Assembly: GCA_964016885.1 (NCBI GenBank)
Contig: OZ024743.1
Span: forward strand, 274,350,001 to 274,414,000
Source: Eledone cirrhosa
Lineage: Eukaryota
Direction: 5' to 3'
DNA length: 64,000 nt
The notes beneath the pieces are model-generated. The model was given only the letters and a program-made list of their open reading frames with translations, was not told the origin of the DNA and made no database searches. Of the stretch, positions 27,981 to 42,700 are shown piece by piece. The translations under genes were made by a program, and so were the position numbers. The first letter of the stretch is position 1. Every line of letters starts with the position of its first letter.

Positions 27981-28987
27981 GATTCTTCTTTCTCAGTTTC
28001 TCTTCTTTCTGCAAGAAATCGGTTATATTCATACTTGGCGAGAGACGGGCACCACAATGTATAAAATACCCAAGACACGCTGTGTGTCAGAACTGTGTCG
28101 CTACGACTCCTTCAGAGTTTATGAGTTGTTTTCTTTCCTTAGTAAGCGGAGAATTGACAGGAACAAATACCCCCTTTAGGTTCTCTGTGACAAGTTGAAA
28201 GATGAAAGGAAGATATTATTTTGCTAGTGTCGTTGATTGAATGCTTGCAACAAAATGTTCTTCCGTCTAACAAATCCAATGACAGTTTAGATCTACCATC
28301 TAAGAACATGAAACATCCTCCTCCAAACTTCATTTGCAAGGCTTTAGTCGATATTAGTCTATAGTATTAGATGTTTACTCAAGGTATGATGCCACGGGAA
28401 TCGGAATTGAGACCGTATAGGGAAGATGTATTTTTGCATCATAGCTTCACGTTGACCAGTATATTCTTATTGAAATTTGGTGCACCAAAAGTATGTGAAA
28501 ATAGAACATATATAATGTTATAACAAATCAAATTTAAAGAATATAATTCTTTAAGTCATTCAGTGGATTTAGTACGTTATCTGACCAAAAATTTATTCAG
28601 TAAAGGTGAAATATTGAAACAGATTAGATATTGAAGTTAGACATTCTGTCGTCAGTTCATATCAGCTGCTGGTGATATGTTTATGTATATCTTTCTTTGT
28701 GTGTATGTTTATTTATGGAACATTGCAGCTTGTGAAAAAATTGCTTACAGGTTTCCAGAAAGCCAATAGAATATAGTTCAATGCGTTTGCGCCAAGTGGA
28801 GTGAGTGACAAAGGCGAGATAATTCGGTGCACAATAAATACTGCAAGAGATTTCGTTAGAAGAGCAACGGTTTCTCTGTCCGTTCAATAATACGTATCCC
28901 TGATATATCACGTAAACGCATACACGCACACATAAATACACATACACACGCACGCACACACATGTATATGTATACATGCGTTTACGT

Positions 28988-29059
<72 letters not shown>

Positions 29060-29496
29060 AGGGAAAAAAGGATACGATCAGCAGATTAAACGAAGAGTGA
29101 CCGAAAAATGTTGTTTACAGTGTTCTTTCTATCGCATATACTAATTCTCGGTCACATTTCCTGTTTCAAACCATTTTTCGTCTACTAAGTTTCTCTCAGA
29201 AGGTATTGGGCGACGCAAAGATATAATGTAAAGACACATTTGACCAAAGTGTCGGACAATGTAATGGAATATGGAAGCAAGTTCAGAAGCTAACTTCTTC
29301 ACCACACGACCAGGCCAGTAACTACGCCTCATTTGGTCTATCTATTCTATTTCTTTAATAGTCGACATCAGATAGGGCGTGGTTATTAGCACACTTTAGT
29401 TTTTAATATTACTGGAGGTTTATCAGTCTGCCATCTAACACTATTATATTTAAAACTGACCATGGCTTTATCGTTACTTGTGGCTTTTAGAAGTAA

Positions 29497-29535
<39 letters not shown>

Positions 29536-29540
29536 AAGTA

Positions 29541-29544
<4 letters not shown>

Positions 29545-29594
<50 letters not shown>

Positions 29595-29821
29595 ATCTAT
29601 GTATGTATGTATAAATATATGTATGTGTATATATAAATATATGTATGTATATATATAAATATATGTATGTATATATAAATATATGTATGTATATATATAT
29701 ATATGTGTGTTGTGTGTGTGTGTATGTATGTATGTATGTATTTATAAATATATGTATGTGTATATATAAATATATGTATGTATATATAAATATATGTATG
29801 TATATATATATATATGTGTGT

Positions 29822-29854
<33 letters not shown>

Positions 29855-30459
29855 ATTTATAAATATATGTATGTGTATATATAAATATATGTATGTGTAT
29901 ATATAAATATATGTATGTATATATATAAATATATGTATGTATATATAAATATATGTATGTATATATATATATATGTGTGTGTGTATGTATGTATGTATGT
30001 ATGTATGTATAAATATATGTATGTGTATATATAAATATATGTATGTATATATATAAATATATGTATGTATATATAAATATATGTATGTATATATATATAT
30101 ATGTTTGTGTGTGTATGTATGTATGTATTTATAAATATATGTATGTGTACATATAAATATATGTATGTATATATATAAATATATGTATGTATATATAAAT
30201 ATATGTATGTATATATATATATATGTGTGTGTGTGTGTATGTATGTATGTATTTATAAATATATGTATGTGTATATATAAATATATGTATGTATATATAT
30301 AAATATATGTATGTATATATAAATATATGTATATGTATATATATATGTGTGTGTATGTGTGTGTGTATGTATGTATTTATAAATATATGTATGTGTATAT
30401 ATAAATATATGTATGTATATATATATAAATATATGTATGTATATATAAATATATGTATG

Positions 30460-30506
<47 letters not shown>

Positions 30507-30587
30507 TTATAAATATATGTATGTGTATATATAAATATATGTATGTATATATATAAATATATGTATGTATATATAAATATATGTATG

Positions 30588-30636
<49 letters not shown>

Positions 30637-31075
30637 ATTTATAAATATATGTATGTGTATATATAAATATATGTATGTGTATATATAAATATATGTATGT
30701 ATATATAAATATATGTATATATATATATATGTGTGTGTATGTGTGTGTATGTATGTATGTATGTATTTATAAATATATGTATGTGTATATATAAATATAT
30801 GTATGTATATATATAAATATATGTATGTATATATAAATATATGTATATATATATATATGTGTGTGTATGTGTGTGTGTGTATGTATGTATGTATGTATTT
30901 ATAAATATATGTATGTGTAATTATAAATATATGTATGTATATATATAAATATATGTATGTATATATAAATATATGTATGTATATATATAAATATATGTAT
31001 GTATATATAAATATATGTATGTATATATATATATATGTATGTATGTATATATATATATGTGTGTGTGTGTGTGTG
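29545..31075. repeat. Compound minisatellite: about 20-22-bp unit (tatataaatatatgtatg) in about 110-bp higher-order blocks
   Basis: Three to four units followed by a (TA)n(TG)n(TATG)n spacer, repeated about 12 times. Confidence 0.92.
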
Positions 31076-31234
31076 CGTTCACATTATCCTCTGCATAATT
31101 CAAGATAAAATTTGGAAATTATTTCACCATCAAATATTCAATATCGTAATTGATAACAAATTGCAAATGCATAATATATTGATGCAGAGATCTCTTGTTC
31201 CCCAGTTTACTCTATCTCCCTTTTGTTCTTGCAG

Positions 31235-31270
31235 CTGGCACAAGACGTAATCACTGCCCTAAGAGATGAG
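31235..31270 (+). CDS. BAIAP3: BAIAP3/Munc13-4-family exon B (LAQDVITALRDE)
   Basis: Acceptor ccttttgttcttgcAG, donor GAG|GTAAGT; 36 bp, phase 0-0; fills the gap between exons A and C. Confidence 0.7.
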
Positions 31271-31389
31271 GTAAGTATTAGGATTTGTTCTCTAAAATCT
31301 TATTCAATCATTTATTCACACATAGATATGTTTATTTATATATATATAGATATATGTACTAATGTCTGTTTGTATTTATATAGCTGTTA

Positions 31390-31508
<119 letters not shown>

Positions 31509-31724
31509 TGTGTGTGTCTGTACGTGCGTATATTCGTAAGGGAAAACCGCTCATATAGAATAGCCGTGTTTATGATAACAGAGGCTACGAAATCGCCATT
31601 TCCTAGCAACGCAAAAAAACATGCGAAATCTTTTAAAATTTTACATTAGTCTGAATATTTGGCTTAGAGAAGATAAGTGGAAAAATTGTCAATTTCCTTC
31701 TTTCAGTGTTTATTTATATATATA

Positions 31725-31930
31725 TAGGAAAAAGTATGACCCCGACGGCAGAGCTCAAGCCGTTTCGACGGCTATTTCAGTCCAGAAATAGCCCTCCAGA
31801 AATAGCCGTCCAAACGGCTTGAGCTCTGCCGTCGGGGTCATACTTTTTCCTATTTCCCACTCTACTTCTCTAAGTATTGAGTACTCTGGTGCGTTATGGT
31901 CCATCTGGTTCCTTACCACAATTCCTTTGT
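31725..31930 (+). mobile_element. Fold-back element, family H (arms 31725-31853 plus about 77-bp tail)
   Basis: taggaaaaagtatgaccccgacggcagagctcaagccgttt / aaacggcttgagctctgccgtcggggtcatactttttccta; TA-repeat flanks. Confidence 0.85.
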
Positions 31931-32179
31931 TATATATATATATATATTTACTAATGTATGTTTGTATTTATATAGCTGTTAATATATATGTGTGTGTGTG
32001 TGTGTGTGTGTCTGTGTGTGTGTGTGTGCGTGTGTGTGTGTGTGTGTGTGTATGTGTGTGTGTGTGTGTGTGTTGTGTACGTGCGTATATTCATAACGGA
32101 AAATCGCTCACATATAATAGCCGTGTTTAGGATAACAGAGGCTAGGAAATCGCCATTTCTCAAATATACATCTATCACC

Positions 32180-35100
32180 TTCCGGTATGCATGCCTGGTG
32201 CTGTACACTAAGCACTCGTGCACATAGCACGTTAAACCAAGTTCCGCTCAGCACAGACACGAGGCGGACGGAAGCGCCGTAAGTCGTAGCCACCACTCCG
32301 AATAAATTGGTGAGGGGTAGAGAAGTCACCTATGTCCAGTAAATGTTTCTACTTTAGGCACAAGGCCAGCAATTACACAGTGCATTACTGGTACTTTATT
32401 TTATCGACCCCGTAAGGATGAAAGGCAAAGTCACCTATGTCCAGTAATAGTACTTCCCTAGTGCTGGTGGCACGAATAAAAGTACTCAGTCCATGCTGTA
32501 AAAGGGAGGGGTGGAGAGGGCCCTGAGTCCAGTAAAACAACCTCGCTAGTGCTGGTGGCACGAATAAAAGCACCCAGTCCATGCTGTAAAATGGTGCTGG
32601 TGTCAGGAAGGGCGTCAAACCAGAATATACTAATGCCAAAAACTATGAGCACAACAAATGGGAATTGCAACAACTCCGTAAACAGCAATAATACTAACCA
32701 TGTTAGAGCTGTGCACGGTAGTGGGGTGGCTGGTGCGGCCATGTGCGAGAACCCCCCAACCGTCATCAAGCAGTCGCACAACAAGATCAAGAACAAGAAT
32801 ATGAAGACGTCACATCTCTGAGTTGCCACACTTAATGTTGGCACTCTAACAGGTAGATATGGTGAGATAGTGGAGATGCTAGAGAGAAGGCATGTGGATG
32901 TGTGCTGTGTGCAAGAGGTGAGATGGCGAGGTGCCTCGGCGAGACTGATCGCAGGAAAACATCTTAGTTATAAGCTTTTCTGGGTAGGTAATGATGATGG
33001 GTTAGGTGGGGTAGGCATTTTACTGGCTGAGAGATGGATCGATAAGACAATAGAGGTAGTTAGAGTTAGTAATAGAATAATTAAGCTTAGATTAGTTGTA
33101 GGCAATAGACTACTGACAATCATCTCTGCCTATGCTCCCCAGGCAGGCATAAGCAAAGAAGAGAAAGACTGCTTTTCCGAGCAACTTTTACACACAGCCT
33201 CAATGATAGAGGACATAGACATCGTTATGCTAGCAGGGGACTTCAATGGTCATGTTGGACAGCTCCCGGATGGATACACTGGGGTACATGGTGGGCACGG
33301 TTACGGCTCAAGAAATGAAGAAGGTGTGAGGCTTCTTGAATTTTGTGATGCAAGTGCACTAACCATTTGCAACACTAACTTCAAGAAACCTACCAATCAC
33401 CTAATAACCTACAAATCAGGCGAGCCTCATAAGCCAGATTGACTTCCGGCGACGAGACAGAGAGATGGTGTCAAATACTAAGGCATACCCCGGGGAAGAA
33501 TATACCCCACAGCATAGGTTAGTCGTTAGTGACATCTCAGTAAGCAAGAGACGGAATGAGGCATACAGGAAGGTGTGGAGAAGAAAGGTCTGGAATTTAA
33601 AAGACCTTTCACTAAAATACAAATTTAGGAAAGCCCTCAAGATGTGTATGACGAAAAAGAAAACGATTTAGAATCGTATGACATAGATGATAACTGGAAT
33701 TTCATACGTGACAACTTACTGCAAGCTACTGAAGAAACTTGTGGCTTGAGCAGAGCTCCGACCAGACAGAGAGTGGCCTGGTGGTGGAACAACACGTTAG
33801 ATAGGGACATTAGAGACAAAAGACTAGCATGGAACGCTTGGAAAATGGTGGGAGTAGAGTCCGATACACACCTGCTAAGAGAGAAGCTAGACATCAGGTG
33901 TACTTAGCACGCAGGGGGCCTGAGATTAGAAGGTTTGCCAAAGTTCTGCGACGGGAAGATCAAAGACGTGCGGTGATCCACATTGCAAGGCAATGTGTCA
34001 GTGTAAATCAGGATGTTGTTGGAGATAAGTGTGTCCGAAATGATGTTGGTGTACTTAGTTTCAATAATGATCAGAAAAAGGGGGCCCGGAAATGTCATTA
34101 TGAGAGACTGATGAATGTGGAGAACGAATGGTAGAGAGAGAAATTACCGCCAGTAGACCCGACAGAGGGACCAGCTATTGAGATTGAGGAATATAGAGTC
34201 CAAGAGGCAATTAAAGAAATGAAAAATGGTGAGGGTGCTGGACCGTCGGGGATAGTTGCTGAGAGGCTGAAGGCATCAGGAGAAGTAGGCACTAAACTAG
34301 TTGCACGCATCATCAATCAAGCTATGTATGGTGGTGTCATACCCAAAGACTGGTGCAGCAGTATTCTCATAAATTGCTCCAAAGGTAAAGGGGATGCTCT
34401 GGAGGGGAGCAATTATAGGGGCATAAAGCTGATGGATCAGTTTATGAAAGTGGCAGAGAGAATATTAGCGCAACTGATTAGAGAAGGCTCAAATTAGATG
34501 AGATGCAGTTTGGTTTTGTGCCTCGGAAAAGTACAACAGATGCCCTCTTCGTAGTGAGGCAACTACAAGAGGGGTTCTTAGAGAAGAATAAGCCACTATA
34601 CTTAGCTTTTGTTGACCTAGAGAAGGCCTTTGATAGGGTACCCCGATCTGTCATCTGGTGGTCCCTAAGGAAACTAGGTGTAGAGGAATGGCTTGTGAGG
34701 ACAATGCAAGCTATGTACAGGGGTGCTGTCAGTAAAGTGAAAGTAGGAATGGAGTTTAGTGAGGAATTCCAGATACAAGTAGGTGTACATCAGGGTTCGG
34801 TCCTCAGCCCGTTCTTGTTCATTATAGTCCTCCAAGCCATAACAGAGGAGTTTAAGACTGGATGCCCATGGGAACTTCTCTATGCTGAGGATCTGGTTCT
34901 TATAGCAGAATCAGTAGAGGAGCTAGAGAATAAATTCTGGCTATGGAAACAGCAGTTGGCATCAAGAGGACTGAGAGTGAACATAGCTAAGACAAAAGTG
35001 TTGATAAGTAGAAGAAAGGATAATACTCTGATTCCATCAAGGCCATTTTCGATATGTAAGAAAGAAACTGGCATAAATTTCATAAAATGTACGCAATGCA

Positions 35101-35840
35101 GATCTTGGGTATACAAGAGATGTAGTGGGATAGCAGGAAAATTAACAGGTAGGGAAAACTACGTATGCAGCAGAGGTACAGGGAAGGTTGGAAGTAGTAA
35201 TCGCAGAGATAATCGCATTTTTCCAATACAGGTGGGTTCTATAGAAGTGGCTGATAGCTTCTGGTACCTAGCTGATCAGATTAGCATGAGAGGGGGGTGT
35301 TCCGAGGCCATAGTATCTAGAATAAGGAGGGGTTGGAAGAGGTTTAGCGAGCTGCTTCCTCTGTTGAAAAAGAAGGGTTTCTCCCTGCGTACGAAAGGCC
35401 GGTTATATGATGCATGTGTGAGATGCGCGATGCTCCATGGTAGTGAGACATGGGCAGCAACTGCAGAGGATATGCGACGGCTGGAGAGAAATGAAGCAAG
35501 CATGCTCCGTTGGGTGTGCAATGATAATGTGCGTGAACGACCAAGCATAAATGAGTTGAGAGAGAAACTGTGTATAAGAGGGATAAGTTGTAGTGTGCGG
35601 GAGAGAAGATTGCGATTGTATGGACATGTGATGCGCATGGAGAATGACCGCTGGGTAAAGAAGTGCCAAGAAATCCCAGTAGAAGGAAGACGCAGTAGAG
35701 GAAGACCACCTAAAACATCGGCGGAGGTGGTGAGAGCAGACCTCAGTCGAAGGACTGTGACAAGTGGAGAGATCTTGTGCTGAATAGGACCCGTCCCACC
35801 CTGGCAAGCAGGAAAAAGCGGACGGAAAATGATGATGATA
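32180..35840 (+). mobile_element. Near full-length RTE-clade LINE (AP endonuclease plus RT), inactivated
   Basis: LNVGTL, CCVQEVRWRG, ISAYAPQ, AGDFNGHVG; NYRGIKL, QFGFVP, FVDLEKAFDRV, GVHQGSVLSP, LLYAED; Cys-rich insert; RGRPPKT; (ATG)n tail; several frameshifts and stops. 5' boundary approximate. Confidence 0.95.
32343..32427 (-). mobile_element. 5'-truncated SINE family A with 20-bp TSD, nested in the RTE 5' UTR
   Basis: aagtcacctatgtccagtaa occurs at 32323-32342 and 32428-32447. Confidence 0.9.
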
Positions 35841-36013
35841 GATACGTATATGTATATATATATTGTTATACTTTGAGAGGGTCATGTTGCCAATAAGAAA
35901 CACACTCACCAGTTGCTTTCACTTCAATTTATTATAATAAATTTATAAATTTAGGAATTTATAAATTTCCGGTTGGTTGGTTGGTTCCACAACCAGATGA
36001 TTGTTCATATATT

Positions 36014-36056
36014 GTCAAAGTTATTTCGTCACGCATTCTGTGACCTCTTCAGTGAC
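36014..36056 (-). ncRNA. Minimal hammerhead in left pLTR
   Basis: gtca-CTGAAGA-g-GTCAC agaatgc GTGAC-GAAA taac TT-tgac. Confidence 0.62.
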
Positions 36057-39000
36057 TGGGGATTCTTTTCTTTGTTTTTGTGCCTCTCCTTTGTTCTGTC
36101 CTACGCCATTTTGTTTCTGTTTGTGTGTTGTGTGCTCAGTCTGCGCATGCGCCACATCCGTATGTCTGTGTGTGTTTATATTCGTTTATTTATTTGTTTA
36201 TTTACATGTTACAGGTTGGTTGTTTGTTCTATGTGCGTGTGTGTTTTCATTTTGTCCTTAATTGTAAGTTGTGATGTTGCTGTTCCATTCATATTTTCTA
36301 TTTAATTTTGGTTGTAATTCTTTTATGTTTATTGCCTCTGCGATTTTTCTAAACATTGCGTCTTTTCTGTGTGTAGATTCTATTTTTATTTCTATGTTCT
36401 CTAATTTACCCTTGTGTTCTATTTTAGAATGTTGGTAGAGTACAGATGATTCTTTACTATCTTGAAGGTCTCGCAAGTGTTCATTTATCCGTTCCCCTAC
36501 ACTACGAGCTGTTTCACCTATGTACACTATATTTTTGTCTCTACATTGTCCTTCAGTACATTTCATGCTATATACTACATTTCTAGTTTTACAGTTAATA
36601 TGGGGGCTTAATTTACAGGTTATACATTTCTTATCTATACAGGGGGTCTTTGAAAAGGCTATGTCTTGCTAATAGGTGCTTTTACGGAGGTACCTGGTCT
36701 TTCTACTATCTTAATATTGAGTTTATGTTTATCTAGGGCCCTTCTAAATTTGTAAGCTAATTCACCTCTAGGGGTTGTATCGATGAACATTACACTCTGG
36801 TATTTATTGCTATCATACCACGAGTTTATTCTATTAGCCTTATTCCTAGTTATTTCTATTCTATTCCAAAATTTGCTCCTATACAAGGGGCAGGTCCCAT
36901 TTGTGTAATTATTTACCATTTTTTCCCATTTGGTTCTGGTTCCTCTATACACTCTGATTTTATCTCTCTGATTGTAACCAGAGAACTGCATACGGTGGAT
37001 GAAGTGTTGTATGTGTCTCTCTAGTTCTTCGGGGTTGCACATGCGGGACACGTTTCTCATCACCCGTACCAAATCCGCAATCAGTATGTTGATTTTTGTA
37101 TGGTCCGAAACAGCTGAGTTTCGGTGGATCAGATATTTGGAAGTCATGGGTTTGGCATAATGGGAATGGAGGATTTGTTTTTTGTTATTAATGGTATCTA
37201 ACCAGAGCTCTGTGTCTAGTACAGGTAATCGATGGTTGGGGTGTTTACTTGGGTAGTCTATAGTAACTCTAATACTCTGGTGGATGGAGTTAGCTATTTG
37301 CTGGATGCTTTCCATCGTGTTTTTCTCAATGGAGGCTTTGAATCTGTGTGTGTTGTTGTTGTTGATGTGTGCTGTTGTTGATGTGTGCTGTTGTTGATGT
37401 GTGTTGTTGTTGTTGTCTCCGTGTGTGTTATTATTGTTGTATGTGTTGTTATTGTTGTTTGTGTCTGCGTGTCTGTTGTTGTTTCTGAGTATGTTATTAT
37501 TGTTGATGTGTGTGTTGTTGTTATTGTTGTTTGTGTCTGTGTGTTTGTTGTTGTTGGGATGTGTGTTGTATATGTGTGTGCGTATGTTGTTACTTTTGTT
37601 TTTGTCTTTGTTTTTGAGGCTCCAACGTAATTTTGTAAATGATTTTTCTACAACAATAACAACACACACAACAATAATGACACACACGGAGACAACAACA
37701 ACAACACACATCAACAACAGCACACATCAATAACAACAACACACACACATTCAATGCCTCTCACCCCCACCACAATCTTAACAAACACACAGACACAGAA
37801 AACAAGTAATGACAGTAGCACAGAAATAAGGGAAGGTAATAGGATTAAAAGGAGAAGGGAGACTATGGACAAAGAAAATAACCAAGACGAACACACAGAC
37901 ACACAAAATATAGTAGATAATAACAATGAGCCACTGGAAATAGACAGGAGTAATAATGAGAGACATAGAAGCAACCATGAGGCTGCTGGTGGAAATAGAA
38001 ATAGAAACAACACAACTAACAATAACAATAGCACTAGTACGCATAAAGCAGCAGCCTGGAACTCTACTTTTTATAATCCCTCCGATAAGTCGTTCGACCT
38101 GCGACGAGTCCACGCCACGACTTTACCATTTAACAAACGCACGCAATTGCCGTCGCAGGTCGATGAACAAACAGAAGCACTATTTAGTATAGCTAGATCC
38201 GAACTTAGAAATATTATAGAACAATATAGCAAACCACGATGTACTGAAGAAAATGATTGCACATGCGGTGGGGGCCAGCATAAAATTAACCCTTAAGGAA
38301 CATATGTTCAAATTTAATGGAAAAACATATGCCCAAGAGGAAGGAGCAGCCATTGGTGTTAGCATTGCAGGCGATATAGCTAACTTATTCATGGTATGGT
38401 GGGACAGTAGACTTAAACTTAAAGAACAATTAGGAGACCCCTTAACCCTGATAATCTACTCCCGCTACGTTGATGATATAAACATCGTAGTTAAAACACT
38501 CTCACTAGAGAACAGTCAGGAATTAGAGAAAAACACAATGGAAAGCATCCAGCAAATAGCTAACTCCATCCACCAGAGTATTAGAGTTACTATAGACTAC
38601 CCAAGTAAACACCCCAACCATCGATTACCTGTACTAGACACAGAGCTCTGGTTAGATACCATTAATAACAAAAAACAAATCCTCCATTCCCATTATGCCA
38701 AACCCATGACTTCCAAATATCTGATCCACCGAAACTCAGCTGTTTCGGACCATACCAAAATCAACATACTGATTGCGGATTTGGTACGGGTGATGAGAAA
38801 CGTGTCCCGCATGTACAACCCCGAAGAACTAGAGAGACACATACAACACTTCATCCACCGTATGCAGTTCTCTGGTTACAATCAGAGAGATAAAATCAGA
38901 GTGTATAGAGGAGCCAGAACCAAATGGGAAAAAATGGTAAATAATGACACAAATGGGACCTGCCCCTTGTATAGGAGCACATTTTGGAATAGAATAGAAA

Positions 39001-39797
39001 GAACTAGGAATAAGGCTAATAGAATAAACTCGTGGTATAATAGCAATAAATACCAGAGTGTAATGTTCATCGATTCAACCCCTAGAGGTGAATTAGCTTA
39101 CAAATTTAGAAGGACCCTAGATAAACATAAACTCAATATTAAGATAGTAGAAAGACCAGGTACCTCCGTAAAAACACTTATTAGCAAGACATACCCTTTT
39201 CAAAGACCCCCCTGTATAGATAAGAAATGTATAACCTGTAAGTTAAGCCCCCATATTAACTGTAAAACTAGAAATGTAGTATATAGCATAAAATGTACTG
39301 AAGGACAATGTAGAGACAAAAATATAGTGTACATAGGTGAGACAGCTCGTAGTGTAGGGGAACGGATAAATAAACACTGGCGAGACCTTCAAGATAGTAA
39401 AGAATCATCTGTACTCTACCAACATTCTAAAATAGAACACAAGGGTAAATTAGAGAACATAGAAATAAAAATAGAATCTACACACAGAAAAGACGCAATG
39501 TTTAGATAAATTGCAGAGGCAATAAACATGAAAGAATTACAACCAAAATTAAATAGAAAATATGAGTGGAACAGCAACATCACAACTTACAATTAAGGAC
39601 AAAATGAAAACACACACACACATAGAACAAACAACCAACCTGTAACATGTAAATAAACAAATAAATAAACGAATATAAACACACACAGACACCCGCATGT
39701 GGCGCATGCGCAGACTGAGCACACAACACACACACATAAACAAAATGGCGTAGGACAGAACAAAGGAGAGGCACAAAAACAAAGAAAAGAATCCCCA

Positions 39798-39840
39798 GTC
39801 ACTGAAGAGGTCACAGAATGCGTGACGAAAGAACTTTGAC
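39798..39840 (+). ncRNA. Minimal hammerhead in right pLTR
   Basis: gtca-CTGAAGA-g-GTCAC agaatgc GTGAC-GAAA GAAC TT-tgac; CUU triplet, very short stem III. Confidence 0.68.
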
Positions 39841-40051
39841 AATATATAAACAACCATCTGGTTGTGGAACCAACCAACCAACCGGAAATTTATAAATTCC
39901 TAAGTTTATAAATTTATTATAATAAATTGAAGTGAAAGCTACTGGTGCGTGTGTTCCTTATTGGCAACATGACCCTCCCAAAGTATAACAATATCGGTTT
40001 CAACACACGTTTTCAGATAAAGAATCTTGCTAAACAAATTCAGAAACGAAA

Positions 40052-40791
<740 letters not shown>

Positions 40792-41084
40792 TATGTATGT
40801 ATGTATATATATATATTCTCACTTGACTTTCCTTCTTAAATTTCAGAATTCTATAAATTTTGTATGTGTTTTTAGTCAACTTCGTATGGTTCCTCTAGAA
40901 TTGTTTACACATCAGTATCTAAACTGTCAGATTTCGATGGTATTCCAATGGCCTTAGTACTTTATAATGATCCCTAGTGAATTCTCCCATTGGGTCAAAG
41001 CTGGAGACAGTTTATGGCAGCCGAATCTCACTCAAAATACAAAATATCATCTTCAAAAGAACGATATAACCATATTAAATATAG

Positions 41085-41430
41085 TCATTCATAGAATGTT
41101 GTCCTCATTCTGCAGCGCCTAACAGAAGGTTGATGAAATATCTTTGATCCGCTTTCTATTTGGTTTTGGTCAGGGGTATAGCTGTATTCACCACGCTTGG
41201 CTAATTGCGGATTGGTGAGGCTATTTAACCCATAGTTGGAGTGGATGGCCTTTGATTCTGAGGTGTTCATCCGACCTTTTTGCAGCTCTTGCTTTTTGTG
41301 CTGCTGGGATTCCACTCACCCTATTTACTAATGCCTGGTCTGGTAGTGGAGCCGGTTTAGTCGCCGACCATTCGACGATGAAATAGGTTGTACTGGTAGC
41401 AGACATAAATTCTTAATTTTATCGGTGTCA
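41085..41430 (-). mobile_element. Diverged 5' leader related to the 40182 family
   Basis: atggtcggcgactaaaccggc...agggtg...cagcacaaaaagcaagagctg...tcaaaggccatcc is colinear with about 40240-40378. Confidence 0.55.
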
Positions 41431-41624
41431 CGTGTTATTGCTGCTTGCTGCTTTATCTATAAAAGTATTTAGCCGAAGATTATAAATGTCTTTCAATATC
41501 TTCCTGTGTAGTCCAGAACCTGAATTCCAGATGATAATGGCCTAGAGGCATTTTATCATAGCGCTGCAATGAACAGAGCTGACATGGGGCTGAACAAGGA
41601 TGACCACATATTATTAGTCTCTGC

Positions 41625-41683
<59 letters not shown>

Positions 41684-42660
41684 GAGAGAGAGAGGGGGGA
41701 GAGGGAGAGAGAATGAAAATGTTTGTGTGCATGACATTTCATTAATAGGAAGTAAACACAACTTGGGGTTTCCGTCTTTAGGGAAGCCAACAAATATAAA
41801 ACCGAGCCTGAAGCAATAGACAGTTCTGTACAGAATAGAAAAACACAGTAACAAATACTTTTTTAAAATTAGATATTAATTACGACCTCATCTTCAATAG
41901 AAGTGAGCGCAGTTGGGTTTCTTTCTTTCCTTTCCTTAGAATGGTGCATTAATTATTACATCACTTCAATTGGGAAAAAAAATTAGTGTAATTCCAGTTT
42001 TACAGACTTAAATTTCAAGCTATAGAATTGTTGTTTTCTAAAAGAAAACTGGAAGGAATTTTGAGCATTAAAATTAATAATTTCAATCAATACTGAATAT
42101 TTTCTTTTAATTTAAATAGTGGATATGGTGTAATATTGATTTAAAAAAAAAACATTGGCACCAAGCAGCGGATTTACAAACAACAGATTATTTAAGTTAA
42201 TTCCTTACCAAATAAAAGCAAATTGACAGTGGTGTCAGACAGGTATCTTACAGTCCAGATGTTCAAATTATATTGCAGATTTTCTATGTTTCTTGACACG
42301 TTACTTTACTTACGTGGCCTCGTGGTTCATCTTTGTTTTTTCCTCAATTTGACGCAGCACTACCTATTTATTATTTAGTGTTCAGTTCCATTCATCTTCA
42401 AATGTTTGTGAAAGAATGGATTAGTGCTACAATTTCGAAATTGTATTTTCTTCAACTGAAGATCAAACAGGGACATGACGTCCATGTTATCATTCTCAAC
42501 ACTGTTGAATTGAATCGCTAATCTTTAAATCATTCAAATTCACTTGTATGTAGTTTGGGTGGTAGGGTTGCTTTAGACACACATACAGACACTCAAACAT
42601 TCCCTTCCTTCCTCTTCTCACTCTTTATACTTCTATTTCATATTTTATTTCTCATTCTAT

Positions 42661-42700
42661 CTTCTGATGAAGGACTAGTTTCTGAAACGTTAAAACACTT
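42661..42700 (+). ncRNA. Degenerate hammerhead-like motif (similar degenerate ones at 16941-16985 + and 62681-62762 +)
   Basis: CTGATGA-agga ctagt ttct-GAAA CG TTA; stem I poorly paired. Confidence 0.42.
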
